DNA of 64,000 bases from Gammaproteobacteria bacterium (GCA_029882215.1 JAOULC010000015.1:1399-65398); one strand, 5' to 3'. Shown: positions 36,992 through 47,519, numbered from the stretch's first letter. Numbers and translations are program-made. The notes: generated from the letters alone by a model not told the origin.

Positions 36992-37429
36992 TTATTTGAT
37001 ATTCTCATCTGCAAAGTACATATTACCTTTCCAGCTTACAATCAGTCTCATGTTAACTTGTTTTTCATCAACATTGCTTTCAATTAATACTTTTCCCTGC
37101 CACATATTTGGCTGTTTTTCCTGCAACCTATGCGGGATACTGTTTTGTTTTTTGCCGGCAAATGAAATCAAGGCATCATCCAGTTTTGCTGTACTGTGCA
37201 TTTCAATTTTAACCGTTCTCCCTGCCTCCGGTTTCTGCCCGGCACTGAGCCTCAGCTCGAGATCTGCGCTTTTTAATAGGCAGTCTGCTGCTACTAAACG
37301 ACACTCATCTTGCAGCACTAAGGTTCGCATTGGCGGCGGCTTGCCATCGGCATAATAGCCGGCAGCAATGTAACCACCAATCCCCAGAAACGGCACCATC
37401 ACGGCGACCACTAATTTATGTCTGCTCAT
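36992..37429 (-). CDS. Hypothetical single-pass membrane-anchored protein
   Basis: 145 aa with N-terminal TM 'LVVAVMVPFLGIGGYIAAGYY' followed by a soluble beta-rich domain. Its stop lies 17 nt before the DUF294 gene start. The overlapping plus-strand ORF (36960-37355) has a junk-like Cys/Phe/Ser composition. Confidence 0.6.
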   Translation of the reverse strand: MSRHKLVVAVMVPFLGIGGYIAAGYYADGKPPPMRTLVLQDECRLVAADCLLKSADLELRLSAGQKPEAGRTVKIEMHSTAKLDDALISFAGKKQNSIPHRLQEKQPNMWQGKVLIESNVDEKQVNMRLIVSWKGNMYFADENIK

Positions 37430-37474
37430 ATCTTTTATTTCAACTTCAGGTTAATAAATTTTTTTTCTTACATA

Positions 37475-37503
37475 AAACAAAGGCCCCATAAAGGGACCTT
37501 TGT
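37475..37503 (-). terminator. Rho-independent terminator after the symporter gene
   Basis: aaaacaaaggcccc-ataaa-gggacctttgt forms a 10-bp stem with one mismatch. On the minus strand it is followed by TTTT. Confidence 0.55.
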
Positions 37504-37535
37504 CATCTATCACAAAACAATAATGCTAGAGCGCA

Positions 37536-39317
37536 TTAATGATCTTGTGCAGCACCTGAACCAGATGGAACACGAATGTTCTCAACCATGTGCTGGATGT
37601 GCGCTGGTGGTGCTTCTGTCTGGCTTGATACAATGTATGCAACCGCGAAGTTAATCATCGCGCCTACTGCACCGAATGCACCAGGTGAAACGCCCATCAG
37701 CCAGTTGCTTGCGTTATCAGCTGCCATCGCTGTTCCAGGGATAAAGAACCAGCCCTTGAACCAGAAGATGTAGATCAGAGTAGAACCCAGACCCGCTAAC
37801 ATACCGGCAACCGCGCCTTTGTTATTAATGCTCTTAACAAAGATACCCATCATTAACGCCGGGAATAACGATGACGCCGCCAGACCAAACGCAAGAGCAA
37901 CCACCTGTGCCGCAAAGCCCGGTGGATGCAGACCGAAGTAACCCGCAACCAGGATCGCACCTGCCATAGCAACACGACTGTACAGCAGCTCCTGCTTTTC
38001 ACTGATTTCTGGCTTAAACACGCCTTTCAGTAAATCATGCGAAATAGATGAAGCAATCGCCAGTAACAAACCAGCCGCTGTTGATAGTGCTGCCGCGATA
38101 CCACCGGCAGCAACCAGTGCAATTACCCAGTTTGGAAGCTGTGCAATTTCAGGGTTAGCCAGTACCATGATGTCACGGTCAACTTTAACCATTTCGTTGC
38201 CTTTCCAGCCAGCTTTCTCAGCCGTTTCTGCAAATGCCGGGTTTTTATCATTGTAGTACTGGATTCTGCCATCGCCGTTCTTGTCTTCAAACTTCAACAG
38301 ACCTGTTTTTTCCCAGTTGGTAAACCAGACAGGACGATCAGCATAAACCAGATTACCTTCCGGAGAGCCTACTTCACCAATCTGAATGGTATTCATCAGG
38401 TTCAGACGAGCCATTGCACCAACAGCAGGTGCTGTTGTATAAAGAATCGCGATAAATACTAATGCCCAACCAGCCGATGAACGCGCATCACGCACTTTAG
38501 GTACCGTGAAGAAACGAACGATAACGTGCGGCAGACCGGCTGTACCAATCATCAGAGACAGTGTCAGCAAGAACATATTTAATGTTCCGCCTTTCTGCTC
38601 GGTATACGCGGCAAAGCCGAGATCACCTAACACAAGGTCCAGCTTATCAAGCAAGTGAACACCACTGCCATCAGCCATCGTGCTACCCAGACCTAACTGA
38701 GGAAACGGATTATTAGTCAGTTGCAGTGAAATGAATACCGCAGGCACTGTGTAAGCAAAAATCAGTACCACGTACTGAGCGATCTGAGTGTAAGTAACCC
38801 CTTTCATACCACCTAAAACAGCGTAGAAGAAAACGATCGACATACCCGCTAACAGGCCGGCTTCAAAAGGCACTTCCAGAAAGCGTGAGAATGCCACACC
38901 GATACCTTTCATCTGACCGATAACATATGTCAAAGAAGCAACGATTAAACAAATAACCGCAACAATACGTGCCGTTTTTGAATAAAAACGATCGCCAATG
39001 AACTCAGGTACGGTGAACTTGCCATACTTACGCAGGTAAGGCGCCAGTAACATCGCCAGCAGCACATAACCGCCCGTCCAGCCCATCAGATAAACCGAAG
39101 CATCATAACCCTTAAAGGCGATTAAACCCGCCATCGAGATAAACGATGCAGCAGACATCCAGTCAGCGGCTGTCGCCATACCGTTTGCTACCGGATGAAT
39201 ACCTTTACCAGCAACATAAAATTCACTGGTCGTAGAGGCACGCGCCCAAACCGCGATACCCATATAAAGTGCGAAGGATAAACCCACCACAATATAAGTT
39301 AATGTTTGTAATTCCAT
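37536..39317 (-). CDS. Sodium:solute symporter (SSF), VC_2705-like subfamily, large subunit; substrate possibly acetate or another monocarboxylate
   Basis: 593 aa. The N-terminus resembles ActP ('EFYVAGKGIHPVANGMATAADWMSAASFISMAGL'). A long hydrophilic insert ('...FEDKNGDGRIQYYNDKNPAF...') is present. It is paired with a DUF4212 small subunit rather than the DUF485/YjcH partner. Confidence 0.8.
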   Translation of the reverse strand: MELQTLTYIVVGLSFALYMGIAVWARASTTSEFYVAGKGIHPVANGMATAADWMSAASFISMAGLIAFKGYDASVYLMGWTGGYVLLAMLLAPYLRKYGKFTVPEFIGDRFYSKTARIVAVICLIVASLTYVIGQMKGIGVAFSRFLEVPFEAGLLAGMSIVFFYAVLGGMKGVTYTQIAQYVVLIFAYTVPAVFISLQLTNNPFPQLGLGSTMADGSGVHLLDKLDLVLGDLGFAAYTEQKGGTLNMFLLTLSLMIGTAGLPHVIVRFFTVPKVRDARSSAGWALVFIAILYTTAPAVGAMARLNLMNTIQIGEVGSPEGNLVYADRPVWFTNWEKTGLLKFEDKNGDGRIQYYNDKNPAFAETAEKAGWKGNEMVKVDRDIMVLANPEIAQLPNWVIALVAAGGIAAALSTAAGLLLAIASSISHDLLKGVFKPEISEKQELLYSRVAMAGAILVAGYFGLHPPGFAAQVVALAFGLAASSLFPALMMGIFVKSINNKGAVAGMLAGLGSTLIYIFWFKGWFFIPGTAMAADNASNWLMGVSPGAFGAVGAMINFAVAYIVSSQTEAPPAHIQHMVENIRVPSGSGAAQDH

Positions 39318-39328
39318 CAGATAACCCC

Positions 39329-39586
39329 TTAGTCTTCGTGGACGTCAAATTTACGATCGAGTTTATTCATTTGCGATGCGTAAAAGAAAACCAGTACAAC
39401 GAAGGTGTAAATTGAACCTTGTTGCGCGAACCAGAAGCCAAGTTTATATCCACCGATACTGATGGTATTTAAAACATCGACTAGAAATACACCAAATAAA
39501 AATGAAACCACAAACCAGACAGCCAGGCATCCCATCACTAACCGCAGATTTGCTTTCCAATAATCTTGCGCTTTATCAGAAGTCAT
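39329..39586 (-). CDS. DUF4212 putative solute:sodium symporter small subunit
   Basis: 85 aa. 'YWKANLRL...VWFVVSF...GYKLGFWFAQQGSIYTFVVLVFFYASQMNKLDRKF' matches my recollection of the DUF4212/TIGR03647 family. It lies 11 nt upstream of the symporter. Confidence 0.75.
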   Translation of the reverse strand: MTSDKAQDYWKANLRLVMGCLAVWFVVSFLFGVFLVDVLNTISIGGYKLGFWFAQQGSIYTFVVLVFFYASQMNKLDRKFDVHED

Positions 39587-40023
39587 TATTCCCCCTCATG
39601 TTGTTTTTTTGTATTCACAGCATAATTACTGTGCAAATACCCACAACAAGCATATTCATACTCAAAAACACTTCAAGCCTAATTTAATTATTAAATAATC
39701 ATCATAAATTTTATTTATGAAATATATAATTCATAATTACAGACTCATATTTAAGAGGCTCGATAATGGTGCTATTGAGGCCTTATAACAGTGCTACCAG
39801 TGAACACCCGTATATAATCAATCACTTATATAAGAAAAATCGATGATAAGTATTATTTATATGGTTAAAAATCAACCGGCAGTCAACGCCTCTCTTTTTC
39901 CTGCAAAAGCGACTAATATTTATACACTTCAAGTGATTCCCCTATATAAAGAGTTTGAACCTTAACCACAACTATCGCTATACTTCGCCCCTAGTTAAAA
40001 ACCACAACCTTTTTGGAAGACAT

Positions 40024-41199
40024 ATGACTACTTCATTTAATCCTACTCCACGCACATTAATGGGGCCCGGCCCTTCAGATGTTCACCCTCGAATCCTTTC
40101 AGCACTAGGCCGGCCTACTATTGGTCACCTTGACCCTGAGTTTGTCGGTATGATGGATGAAGTCAAAACAATGCTTCAATATGCTTTCCAAACGAAAAAC
40201 GAGCTGACTATAGCGGTTTCTGCACCGGGTTCTGCTGGTATGGAAACCTGCTTTGTTAACCTGATTGAAGCCGGTGATACCGTTATCGTCTGCCAGAATG
40301 GTGTTTTTGGTGGCCGCATGAAAGAGAACGTAGAGCGTGTTGGCGCCACAGCCATCATGGTCGAAGACGACTGGGGTAAAGCCGTCGATGTGGCTAAAGT
40401 AGAAGCCGCATTAGAAGCGAACCCTGGCACTAAAGCCGTGTGTTTTGTGCACGCTGAAACCTCAACCGGGGCGATTTCAGATGCTAAGGCGATTTGTGAT
40501 ATAGCGCACCAGCACGGTGCATTAACCATCGTTGATGCCGTGACATCTCTGGGCGGTTCTGAGCTGCGGGTTGATGACTGGGGCATCGATGCTATTTATT
40601 CTGGCACTCAAAAGTGCCTGTCCTGTGTCCCGGGTATTTCACCGGTAAGCCTTAACGAACGCGCTATTGAAGTCATTAAAAACCGCAAAACTAAAGTACA
40701 TAGCTGGTTCCTTGATCTAAATCTGGTCATGGCTTACTGGGGTGGCGAAGGCAAACGCGCTTATCACCATACTGCACCGGTTAATGCCTTATATGGACTA
40801 CACGAATCACTGGTGATGCTACAGGAAGAAGGCCTGGAAAACGCATGGGCTCGTCATCAGAAAAACCACCTGGCATTAAAAGCCGGTCTTGAAGCAATGG
40901 GCCTTGAGTTTGTTGTTAATGAAGAGTCACGCTTACCACAGTTAAATGCGGTTACCATTCCTGAAGGCGTCGATGAAGCCGCGGTTCGCACCACACTGTT
41001 AAACCAGTTTAATCTGGAAATTGGTGCAGGCCTGGGCGCTTTAGCCGGTAAAGTCTGGCGCATCGGCTTGATGGGTTACAGCAGCCGCGCGGAAAACATT
41101 CTGTTATGTCTGGGCGCACTGGATGCTGTACTGACTGACATGGGTGCAAAAATCAACAGCGGCGCAGCCATTCCGGCCGCTCAGGCGCTGATGAAATAA
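40024..41199 (+). CDS. Class-V aminotransferase, alanine/serine-glyoxylate aminotransferase family
   Basis: The ORF opens with TTG at 39955, but the ATG at 40024 has a GGAAG SD and gives a typical N-terminus 'MTTSFNPTPRTLMGPGPSDVHPRIL'. The PLP-lysine motif is 'SGTQKCL'. Confidence 0.85.
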   Translation: MTTSFNPTPRTLMGPGPSDVHPRILSALGRPTIGHLDPEFVGMMDEVKTMLQYAFQTKNELTIAVSAPGSAGMETCFVNLIEAGDTVIVCQNGVFGGRMKENVERVGATAIMVEDDWGKAVDVAKVEAALEANPGTKAVCFVHAETSTGAISDAKAICDIAHQHGALTIVDAVTSLGGSELRVDDWGIDAIYSGTQKCLSCVPGISPVSLNERAIEVIKNRKTKVHSWFLDLNLVMAYWGGEGKRAYHHTAPVNALYGLHESLVMLQEEGLENAWARHQKNHLALKAGLEAMGLEFVVNEESRLPQLNAVTIPEGVDEAAVRTTLLNQFNLEIGAGLGALAGKVWRIGLMGYSSRAENILLCLGALDAVLTDMGAKINSGAAIPAAQALMK

Positions 41200-41321
41200 A
41201 TCGCAGACAACCCTGATAGCGCATTAACCTCATGCCGTGTCAGGGTTAGCCCTGCTACATCAGCTAGCCTTATTCATCTATACTGATTGAAAAACAAACA
41301 GATGAAGTAAGGTTTATTGCC

Positions 41322-41981
41322 ATGCCAACCATTTCTCAAAAAACCATTCTCGCCATTTTTTGTATATTCATAAGCCTGCATGCCAGTGCCGAAATCAGGC
41401 CTGTTCAACTCAAGCCGATTAATACGGTCGCCCTAAAGTGGAATAAATTTGTTGATGACCTGCTTAACCTCAGTAATCACTTAACCAGCAGGCAACCTCA
41501 TTACGAAAAGACCCGCAGCGGCGGCTATAGCAATAAGCCCAACTTTTACTCTGAAACCAAATTTTTTAACAAACAAAACAATACTCTTACCAGCATACTG
41601 CAATGGGAAAACCGACAACCTGAATCCATCCACTCAATACAAGTTTTTTTATACGATGATCAGCACAGAGTCACTAAAGATTTTTCCGCCAGCTATCTGA
41701 CCACACACCGGAACGCGCCGGTCCAGACACTCATCACTTTACATTATTACAATAAAGACCTGCACGGCTTCAGAGTTTTCGATGCCTCACACGAACGTAT
41801 CTATGAAGTATGTAGAGGCCAGCTGAATGGTAAACACATCAATATTGATCTGGATGACAATTACGGTGAAATCGCCGAAGCACTGGATGACGAACAGGGC
41901 ATTATGAACTCGGCCGAATACAAAGCCTGTTTTGGCGGACGTGATGTAGACATGAAAAAATTACACATACCGCGCCTCTGA
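41322..41981 (+). CDS. Hypothetical secreted protein
   Basis: 219 aa with signal peptide 'ILAIFCIFISLHASA'. I recognise no family. Confidence 0.55.
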   Translation: MPTISQKTILAIFCIFISLHASAEIRPVQLKPINTVALKWNKFVDDLLNLSNHLTSRQPHYEKTRSGGYSNKPNFYSETKFFNKQNNTLTSILQWENRQPESIHSIQVFLYDDQHRVTKDFSASYLTTHRNAPVQTLITLHYYNKDLHGFRVFDASHERIYEVCRGQLNGKHINIDLDDNYGEIAEALDDEQGIMNSAEYKACFGGRDVDMKKLHIPRL

Positions 41982-42009
41982 GCAATATACCCGGCGCATC
42001 GATCAGTAT

Positions 42010-42042
42010 CAGCTGTTAGCAGTGACTCACTGCTAACAGCTG
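42010..42042. other. Perfect 33-nt palindrome (16-bp arms)
   Basis: cagctgttagcagtga-c-tcactgctaacagctg, read directly. It lies 28 nt after the stop of the 219-aa gene and has no U tract on either side. Confidence 0.7.
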
Positions 42043-42175
42043 CTTGTGTCAAAAAACCTGATCAACACCACTGATAAAACACTTCGCGTCAACAATCCCC
42101 CCATGACAAAATCGCGTTGATGCTGATACTATAAGCCTTATTATATTCTCTCCTGTTTAAGCGGAAACTTGCTTC

Positions 42176-43411
42176 ATGAAATCTTATCTGGTCGGCGGTG
42201 CCGTTCGTGACAAATTACTTAACTACCCGGCCAATGACCGTGACTGGGTGGTAGTCGGTGCGACCACAGAAGAAATGGAAGCGCTCGGTTACCGGCTGGT
42301 TGGTAATGATTTCCCTGTTTTTCTGCACCCGCAATCACATGAAGAATACGCACTGGCCAGAACTGAACGTAAAAGCGCGCATGGTTATAAAGGCTTTAGT
42401 GTCTCGGCCGCTCCGGATGTCACACTGGAACAGGATTTACTGCGCCGTGACCTCACCATCAACGCCATCGCAGAAGATGAAAACGGTCAGCTAATCGATC
42501 CGTTTAATGGTCAGTCTGATATTAAAAACAAAATTTTCCGCCATGTTTCAGCAGCATTCACTGAAGACCCGTTAAGGGTATTACGGGTTGCCAGATACAT
42601 GGCGCGTTTTGCGCATCTGGGTTTTCGCATCGCCGATGAAACCATGGCGCTGATGAAAGAGATAGTCGTTCAGGGAGAAATCGAACACCTGGTGGCCGAG
42701 CGTAGCTGGCAGGAAACCGAACGAGCCTTAGCCGAAAAAAATCCACAACGTTATTTTGAAGTGTTACGCGAATGCGGGGCATTAAAAGTCTTGTTACCAG
42801 AAATCGACCGCCTGTTCGGCGTGCCGCAAACCGCAATCTATCACCCTGAAATCGACACCGGTGTTCACACCATGATGGTACTAGAGCAGGCCGCCCTGTT
42901 ATCTACAGACACCGCCGTGCGTTTTGCCGCCCTGGTACACGATCTGGGCAAAGGCACCACAGCTAAAAACGAGTGGCCAAAACACATCGCCCATGAAGAG
43001 CGCGGAGTGCCTTTGGTTCAGGCTTTGTGCAAGCGTTTAAAAACGCCCAACCCTTTTCGTGATCTGGCAGTAGCCGTCACCCGTTACCATTTGCATTACC
43101 ACCGAGCTGCAGAATTACGCGATGATACCTTCCTGTCGACTCTGGAAAAACTCGATGCGTTTCGCCGGCCGGATCGCTTTGAGCAATTTCTACTGGCCTG
43201 CGAAGCTGACTCACGCGGTCGCAGCGGTTTTGAAGATGCCGAGTTTGATCAGCCCACCATCTACCGGCTGGCTTTTGCAGCGGCACAAAAAGTCAGTGCC
43301 CAGGCATTTGTAGAGCAAGGCTTAGAAGGCCCAGAGATTGCCGAGGCGATGCGAAAAAGCCGGATTGAGGTTATCAGAAGTGTCCGACAACCCTATACAC
43401 AGAAGCATTAG
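42176..43411 (+). CDS. cca: Multifunctional CCA-adding enzyme (tRNA nucleotidyltransferase with HD phosphohydrolase domain)
   Basis: 411 aa, collinear with E. coli Cca ('YLVGGAVRDKLL', 'DFPVFLHPQSHEEYALARTERK', 'LVHDLGKG'). Confidence 0.93.
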   Translation: MKSYLVGGAVRDKLLNYPANDRDWVVVGATTEEMEALGYRLVGNDFPVFLHPQSHEEYALARTERKSAHGYKGFSVSAAPDVTLEQDLLRRDLTINAIAEDENGQLIDPFNGQSDIKNKIFRHVSAAFTEDPLRVLRVARYMARFAHLGFRIADETMALMKEIVVQGEIEHLVAERSWQETERALAEKNPQRYFEVLRECGALKVLLPEIDRLFGVPQTAIYHPEIDTGVHTMMVLEQAALLSTDTAVRFAALVHDLGKGTTAKNEWPKHIAHEERGVPLVQALCKRLKTPNPFRDLAVAVTRYHLHYHRAAELRDDTFLSTLEKLDAFRRPDRFEQFLLACEADSRGRSGFEDAEFDQPTIYRLAFAAAQKVSAQAFVEQGLEGPEIAEAMRKSRIEVIRSVRQPYTQKH

Positions 43412-43510
43412 ATAACGGCTTTTTATCATCAGGTGATTCTAATATGCTAAAATCAGCTTTTATTATCACCTTCACATTCCCCAAAACCACAGTACCGTGA
43501 GCCCTTAGCC

Positions 43511-44857
43511 ATGAACGATACCTCTAAAGCACCTAAAGTCGGTTTTGTCAGCCTCGGTTGCCCAAAAGCCACGGTAGACTCTGAACACATCATTACCCAG
43601 TTACGCGCTGAAGGTTATGAGCTGTCATCAAGCTATGAAGATTCGGATCTGGTGGTAGTCAATACCTGTGGTTTTATCGATAGCGCAGTGGAAGAGTCTC
43701 TCGATACAATTGGCGAGGCACTGGCGGAAAACGGCAAAGTGATTGTCACCGGCTGCCTCGGCGCTAAAGACACCGTGGTACTGGATAACTACCCGAACGT
43801 ATTAGCCGTCACCGGGCCGCATGCTAAAGATGAAGTAATGCAGGTGATTCACCGTCACCTGCCCAAACCACATGACCCTTACCTCGACCTGGTACCAGCA
43901 GCTGGTGTTAAGCTCACCCCTAAACATTATTCTTATTTAAAGATTTCAGAAGGCTGCAACCACGGCTGCACCTTCTGTATTATTCCCGACCTGCGTGGCA
44001 AACTGGTCAGCCGCGATATTGGCTCGGTGATGCAGGAAGCCGAAAACTTAGTCAATGGTGGTTGTGGTGAGTTACTGGTGATATCACAGGACACCAGCGC
44101 CTATGGTGTCGATGTGAAATACCGCACAGACTTCTGGGGCACCCAGCCGATCAAGACCAATATGGAAGAGCTGGCAAAGAACTTAGGCTCACTCGGTGTC
44201 TGGGTGCGCATGCATTATGTTTACCCATACCCCAGCGTTGATAACATTATTCCGTTGATGGCCGATGGCATTATCCTGCCGTATCTTGATATTCCGTTTC
44301 AACATGCCAGTCAGTCTGTATTGAAAAATATGAAACGTCCGGCCAGCTCAGAAAACGTTTTAAAACGCATTCAAAAATGGCGCGAGATTTGCCCCGACAT
44401 TACTTTGCGCAGCACGTTCATTACCGGCTTTCCCGGCGAAACCGAAGAAGACTTTCAGATCCTGCTGGACTTTTTAGACGAAGCCCAGCTCGACCGGGTG
44501 GGCGCCTTTGCCTACTCCGATGTTGAAGGTGCAAAAGCCAATGCCCTGCCCGGCGCTGTGCCGGAAGAACTTAGAAAAGAACGGCTTGAACGTTTCATGT
44601 TGAAACAGGCAGAAATCAGTGCCGCAAAACTGCAACAAAAAATCGGCAAGAAAATGACCGTCCATATCGACGGTTACGATGAAGAAAGCGGTGAAGTACT
44701 GGCCCGCTCAAAAGCCGATGCACCCGATATTGATGGCATGGTGATCCTGCCGGCGATTGAAGGTTTTCAGGCCGGTGACTTTCTGGAAGTCACCATCACT
44801 GATGCAGACGAACATGATTTGTATGCTAACCCCGTACATCCGGATGATGACTGGTGA
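43511..44857 (+). CDS. rimO: Ribosomal protein S12 methylthiotransferase RimO
   Basis: 448 aa with the N-terminal MTTase Cys triad ('LGCPKA', 'NTCGFI', 'TGCL'), the radical-SAM motif '[11 protein letters not shown]', and a C-terminal TRAM domain. Confidence 0.92.
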   Translation: MNDTSKAPKVGFVSLGCPKATVDSEHIITQLRAEGYELSSSYEDSDLVVVNTCGFIDSAVEESLDTIGEALAENGKVIVTGCLGAKDTVVLDNYPNVLAVTGPHAKDEVMQVIHRHLPKPHDPYLDLVPAAGVKLTPKHYSYLKISEGCNHGCTFCIIPDLRGKLVSRDIGSVMQEAENLVNGGCGELLVISQDTSAYGVDVKYRTDFWGTQPIKTNMEELAKNLGSLGVWVRMHYVYPYPSVDNIIPLMADGIILPYLDIPFQHASQSVLKNMKRPASSENVLKRIQKWREICPDITLRSTFITGFPGETEEDFQILLDFLDEAQLDRVGAFAYSDVEGAKANALPGAVPEELRKERLERFMLKQAEISAAKLQQKIGKKMTVHIDGYDEESGEVLARSKADAPDIDGMVILPAIEGFQAGDFLEVTITDADEHDLYANPVHPDDDW

Positions 44858-44997
44858 GAGTGGTTTATTTACCCCCGACAACTTTCGGGGTTAAACATAA
44901 CAAGGATGATAATAATGAAACAAATTAAACTATTTTTAACTTTAGTGACTAAATCTGAAATTTCTGTATTTCTATAACCATAGGCGCAAAATAGTTC

Positions 44998-46605
44998 ATG
45001 GACTTTCAATGGATAGCAATCGCTTTAGGTGATGTCGCCTGGATCTCTTTAGCCTTTATACTTGGTTTTGCCTCACGACTGATCAACCTGCCACCACTGG
45101 TAGGCTTTCTGGCAACCGGCTTTATACTGAATGCGATGGGTATCAGCAGCGGTGAAACACTGAATAAGCTGGCTGACCTTGGTATCACGTTACTGCTCTT
45201 TACCGTCGGCCTTAAGCTGAATTTAAAGCTGCTGATCAAGCCACAAATCTGGGCCGTCACCACACTGCACATCGGTCTCGTCATGCTCGTATTCGGGCTT
45301 GCCATTATGGCTCTGGCCGTGGCCGGCATTTCACTGTTTGCTGCGCTCAATCTGCAGGAATCATTACTGCTGGCTTTTGCATTAAGTTTTTCCAGTACTG
45401 TATTCGTTGTCAAATCACTCGAGGACAAGGGTGAAATGTTATCGCTACACGGCCGCATTGCCATCGGCATACTGGTCATGCAGGACCTTGCAGCTGTCGG
45501 TTTTCTTGCTGCTTCAACCGGTAAAATTCCCAGTGCCTGGGCATTACTGTTGCTTTTGCTGTTACCTTTGCGAAAGGTTTTTCATTTCTTCCTGCAAACA
45601 ACCGGTCATGGTGAGTTACTGATCTTATACGGTCTGGTGCTGGCGCTTGGCGGTTCAGAAATTTTTGAAATGGTTGGCATCAAAGGAGACCTTGGTGCAC
45701 TGATTATGGGCCTGTTGATTTCCAGCCATGTGAAATCGGCGGAGCTGGCCAAGACCATGCTCGGTTTTAAAGATTTATTTCTGGTCGGTTTTTTCTTATC
45801 GATTGGCATGACCGGTGCATTGTCGGTCGAAATATTTACTATCGGTTTGCTGCTTGCACCATTCGTATTTATTAAATCAGCGCTGTTCTACGGTTTAATG
45901 ACACGCTTCAGACTGCGCGCAAGAACCTCACTACTCGCCACATTTAATCTTACCAACTACAGTGAGTTCGGTCTGATTGTCGCTGCACTCGGTGTCAGAA
46001 ATGACTGGCTGCAGCCACAATGGCTGGTCATCATCGCCGTGGCTTTATCGCTATCCTTTGTGCTGGCCGCTCCTATTAACCGTTACGATGACATGTTATA
46101 CCGTAATTTTCGCGATCTGTGGATGAGGTTCCAGCGCCCAGAAAGGCTACAGGAAGATACCGTGATCAACACCAGCGACTCAACCATTGCTATCTTTGGC
46201 ATGGGCCGGGTTGGCAGCGGCGCCTACGACAAAATGCGTGACCTTTACGGCGATACGGTAATCGGCATCGACTTCAATGAAGACCGGGTTATCAAACATC
46301 AGCAGGTTGGCCGCAAAGTACTGCACGGTGATCCGAGTGATGCCGACTTCTGGGAAAAAATGGATCAGGATCACAATATCAATTTAGTCATGCTGACCCT
46401 GCCAAACCTGGAATCTAATATAAACGCATTAAGACAGTTAAAAGCGGTTAAGTATAACGGCCGCATAGCGGCAACAGCCCGCTTCCCCGATGACATAAAA
46501 CACCTGCGACGAGCCGGTGCCGATGCCACCTTTAATATTTACAATGAAGCCGGTGCCGGTTTTGCAGAGCATGTGGATGAACAGCGGAAGATTCATAAAT
46601 TATAA
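44998..46605 (+). CDS. CPA2-family cation:proton antiporter with C-terminal RCK/TrkA-N domain (KefB/KefC/YbaL-like)
   Basis: 535 aa with about 11-12 TM helices followed by the Rossmann motif 'IAIFGMGRVGSGAY'. Confidence 0.8.
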   Translation: MDFQWIAIALGDVAWISLAFILGFASRLINLPPLVGFLATGFILNAMGISSGETLNKLADLGITLLLFTVGLKLNLKLLIKPQIWAVTTLHIGLVMLVFGLAIMALAVAGISLFAALNLQESLLLAFALSFSSTVFVVKSLEDKGEMLSLHGRIAIGILVMQDLAAVGFLAASTGKIPSAWALLLLLLLPLRKVFHFFLQTTGHGELLILYGLVLALGGSEIFEMVGIKGDLGALIMGLLISSHVKSAELAKTMLGFKDLFLVGFFLSIGMTGALSVEIFTIGLLLAPFVFIKSALFYGLMTRFRLRARTSLLATFNLTNYSEFGLIVAALGVRNDWLQPQWLVIIAVALSLSFVLAAPINRYDDMLYRNFRDLWMRFQRPERLQEDTVINTSDSTIAIFGMGRVGSGAYDKMRDLYGDTVIGIDFNEDRVIKHQQVGRKVLHGDPSDADFWEKMDQDHNINLVMLTLPNLESNINALRQLKAVKYNGRIAATARFPDDIKHLRRAGADATFNIYNEAGAGFAEHVDEQRKIHKL

Positions 46606-46751
46606 TAAAAACATCGCTTCAGAAACCGCTGTTTTTATTCAGACAATCCGGCAGCCCATTCTGCCCTGACCGGCTTTCTCTTTGCGATCTTGCCAGCTGC
46701 CAGGCAGCTTAGAAAAACTAACTGAACAACCATTTTTTTAAAAAATCTGCG

Positions 46752-47519
46752 TTACCGTGATGACTCAATCGCCTCAAGCACACCATCCCAAAGTATCAGT
46801 CGCGCATTGACCGCCACGTTAGCAGCTTCGATCGCCTCTTCTATTTTAAGCGCATCACCTTCACATAAGTTATTCAGCAATCTTAGTGATAAGGGCGCAT
46901 GAAAATCTTCATCCAGATGAATATGCCGGTTAAGATAAAAATGAAAGATAGGTGCATCCTTATCTGTCACCGCAATGCGGCTAAGAATCGAACGAAACAT
47001 GCCGGGAATAATATGCTCGCGCCCTAAAGCCAGAGCCGCGGCTACCTGATGCGATTTTTCAGCCTGAATAAATTCAAACGTTTGTGTGGTAAATAATCGT
47101 GATGGTTGCGGAATTTCCACTAGTGAAAGCGCCGACTCAATCCCGCTATTATTTAATGCCTGAATAAAACCCGATATCACCGAGGTATCTGCGCCGATTT
47201 CTGTCATCGCCCTCAAATAAAGTTCAAAATGACTGGAAAACTCACCTTCGATATTGGTCGAATCTGACTCCTCTTCCAGCACCAGCTCATTAATAAAACG
47301 CCGCACACTGGCATCACCTTTTGGTGACCATGGCGCTGCTGCCGGGGCGATCTCCGACTGTAAATATTTAATCAACGACATGAAGTCCCAGACAGAATAA
47401 ACATGGTGCTGCATAAAGCACTGTAAATCACTGACCGTTTCCACCGCTTTATAAACTGGGTGATCTTCCAGACGATTTTTAAATGATAAGATAATGTCGG
47501 ATGTAATTGCCTGTGTCAT
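46752..47519 (-). CDS. DUF3050-family (heme-oxygenase-like fold) protein
   Basis: 255 aa. 'HPVYKAV...LQCFMQHHVYSVWDFMSL' resembles DUF3050 proteins as I remember them. Confidence 0.55.
   Translation of the reverse strand: MTQAITSDIILSFKNRLEDHPVYKAVETVSDLQCFMQHHVYSVWDFMSLIKYLQSEIAPAAAPWSPKGDASVRRFINELVLEEESDSTNIEGEFSSHFELYLRAMTEIGADTSVISGFIQALNNSGIESALSLVEIPQPSRLFTTQTFEFIQAEKSHQVAAALALGREHIIPGMFRSILSRIAVTDKDAPIFHFYLNRHIHLDEDFHAPLSLRLLNNLCEGDALKIEEAIEAANVAVNARLILWDGVLEAIESSR

Noticed and set aside
36960-37355. 131-aa plus-strand ORF overlapping the 145-aa minus-strand gene
   Set aside because: Its Cys/Phe/Ser-rich composition looks non-protein-like. The minus-strand ORF has a clean TM anchor plus a soluble domain and fits the operon spacing.
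39955-40023. TTG-initiated 23-codon extension of the aminotransferase ORF
   Set aside because: The ATG at 40024 has an SD and gives the usual family N-terminus. The extension is probably 5' UTR.
44915-44977. 20-codon hydrophobic mini-ORF (MKQIKLFLTLVTKSEISVFL) with AAGGA 8 nt upstream, just ahead of the CPA2 antiporter gene
   Set aside because: It is too short to support from sequence alone and I know of no leader-peptide precedent for this family. It is worth a look in ribosome-profiling data only.
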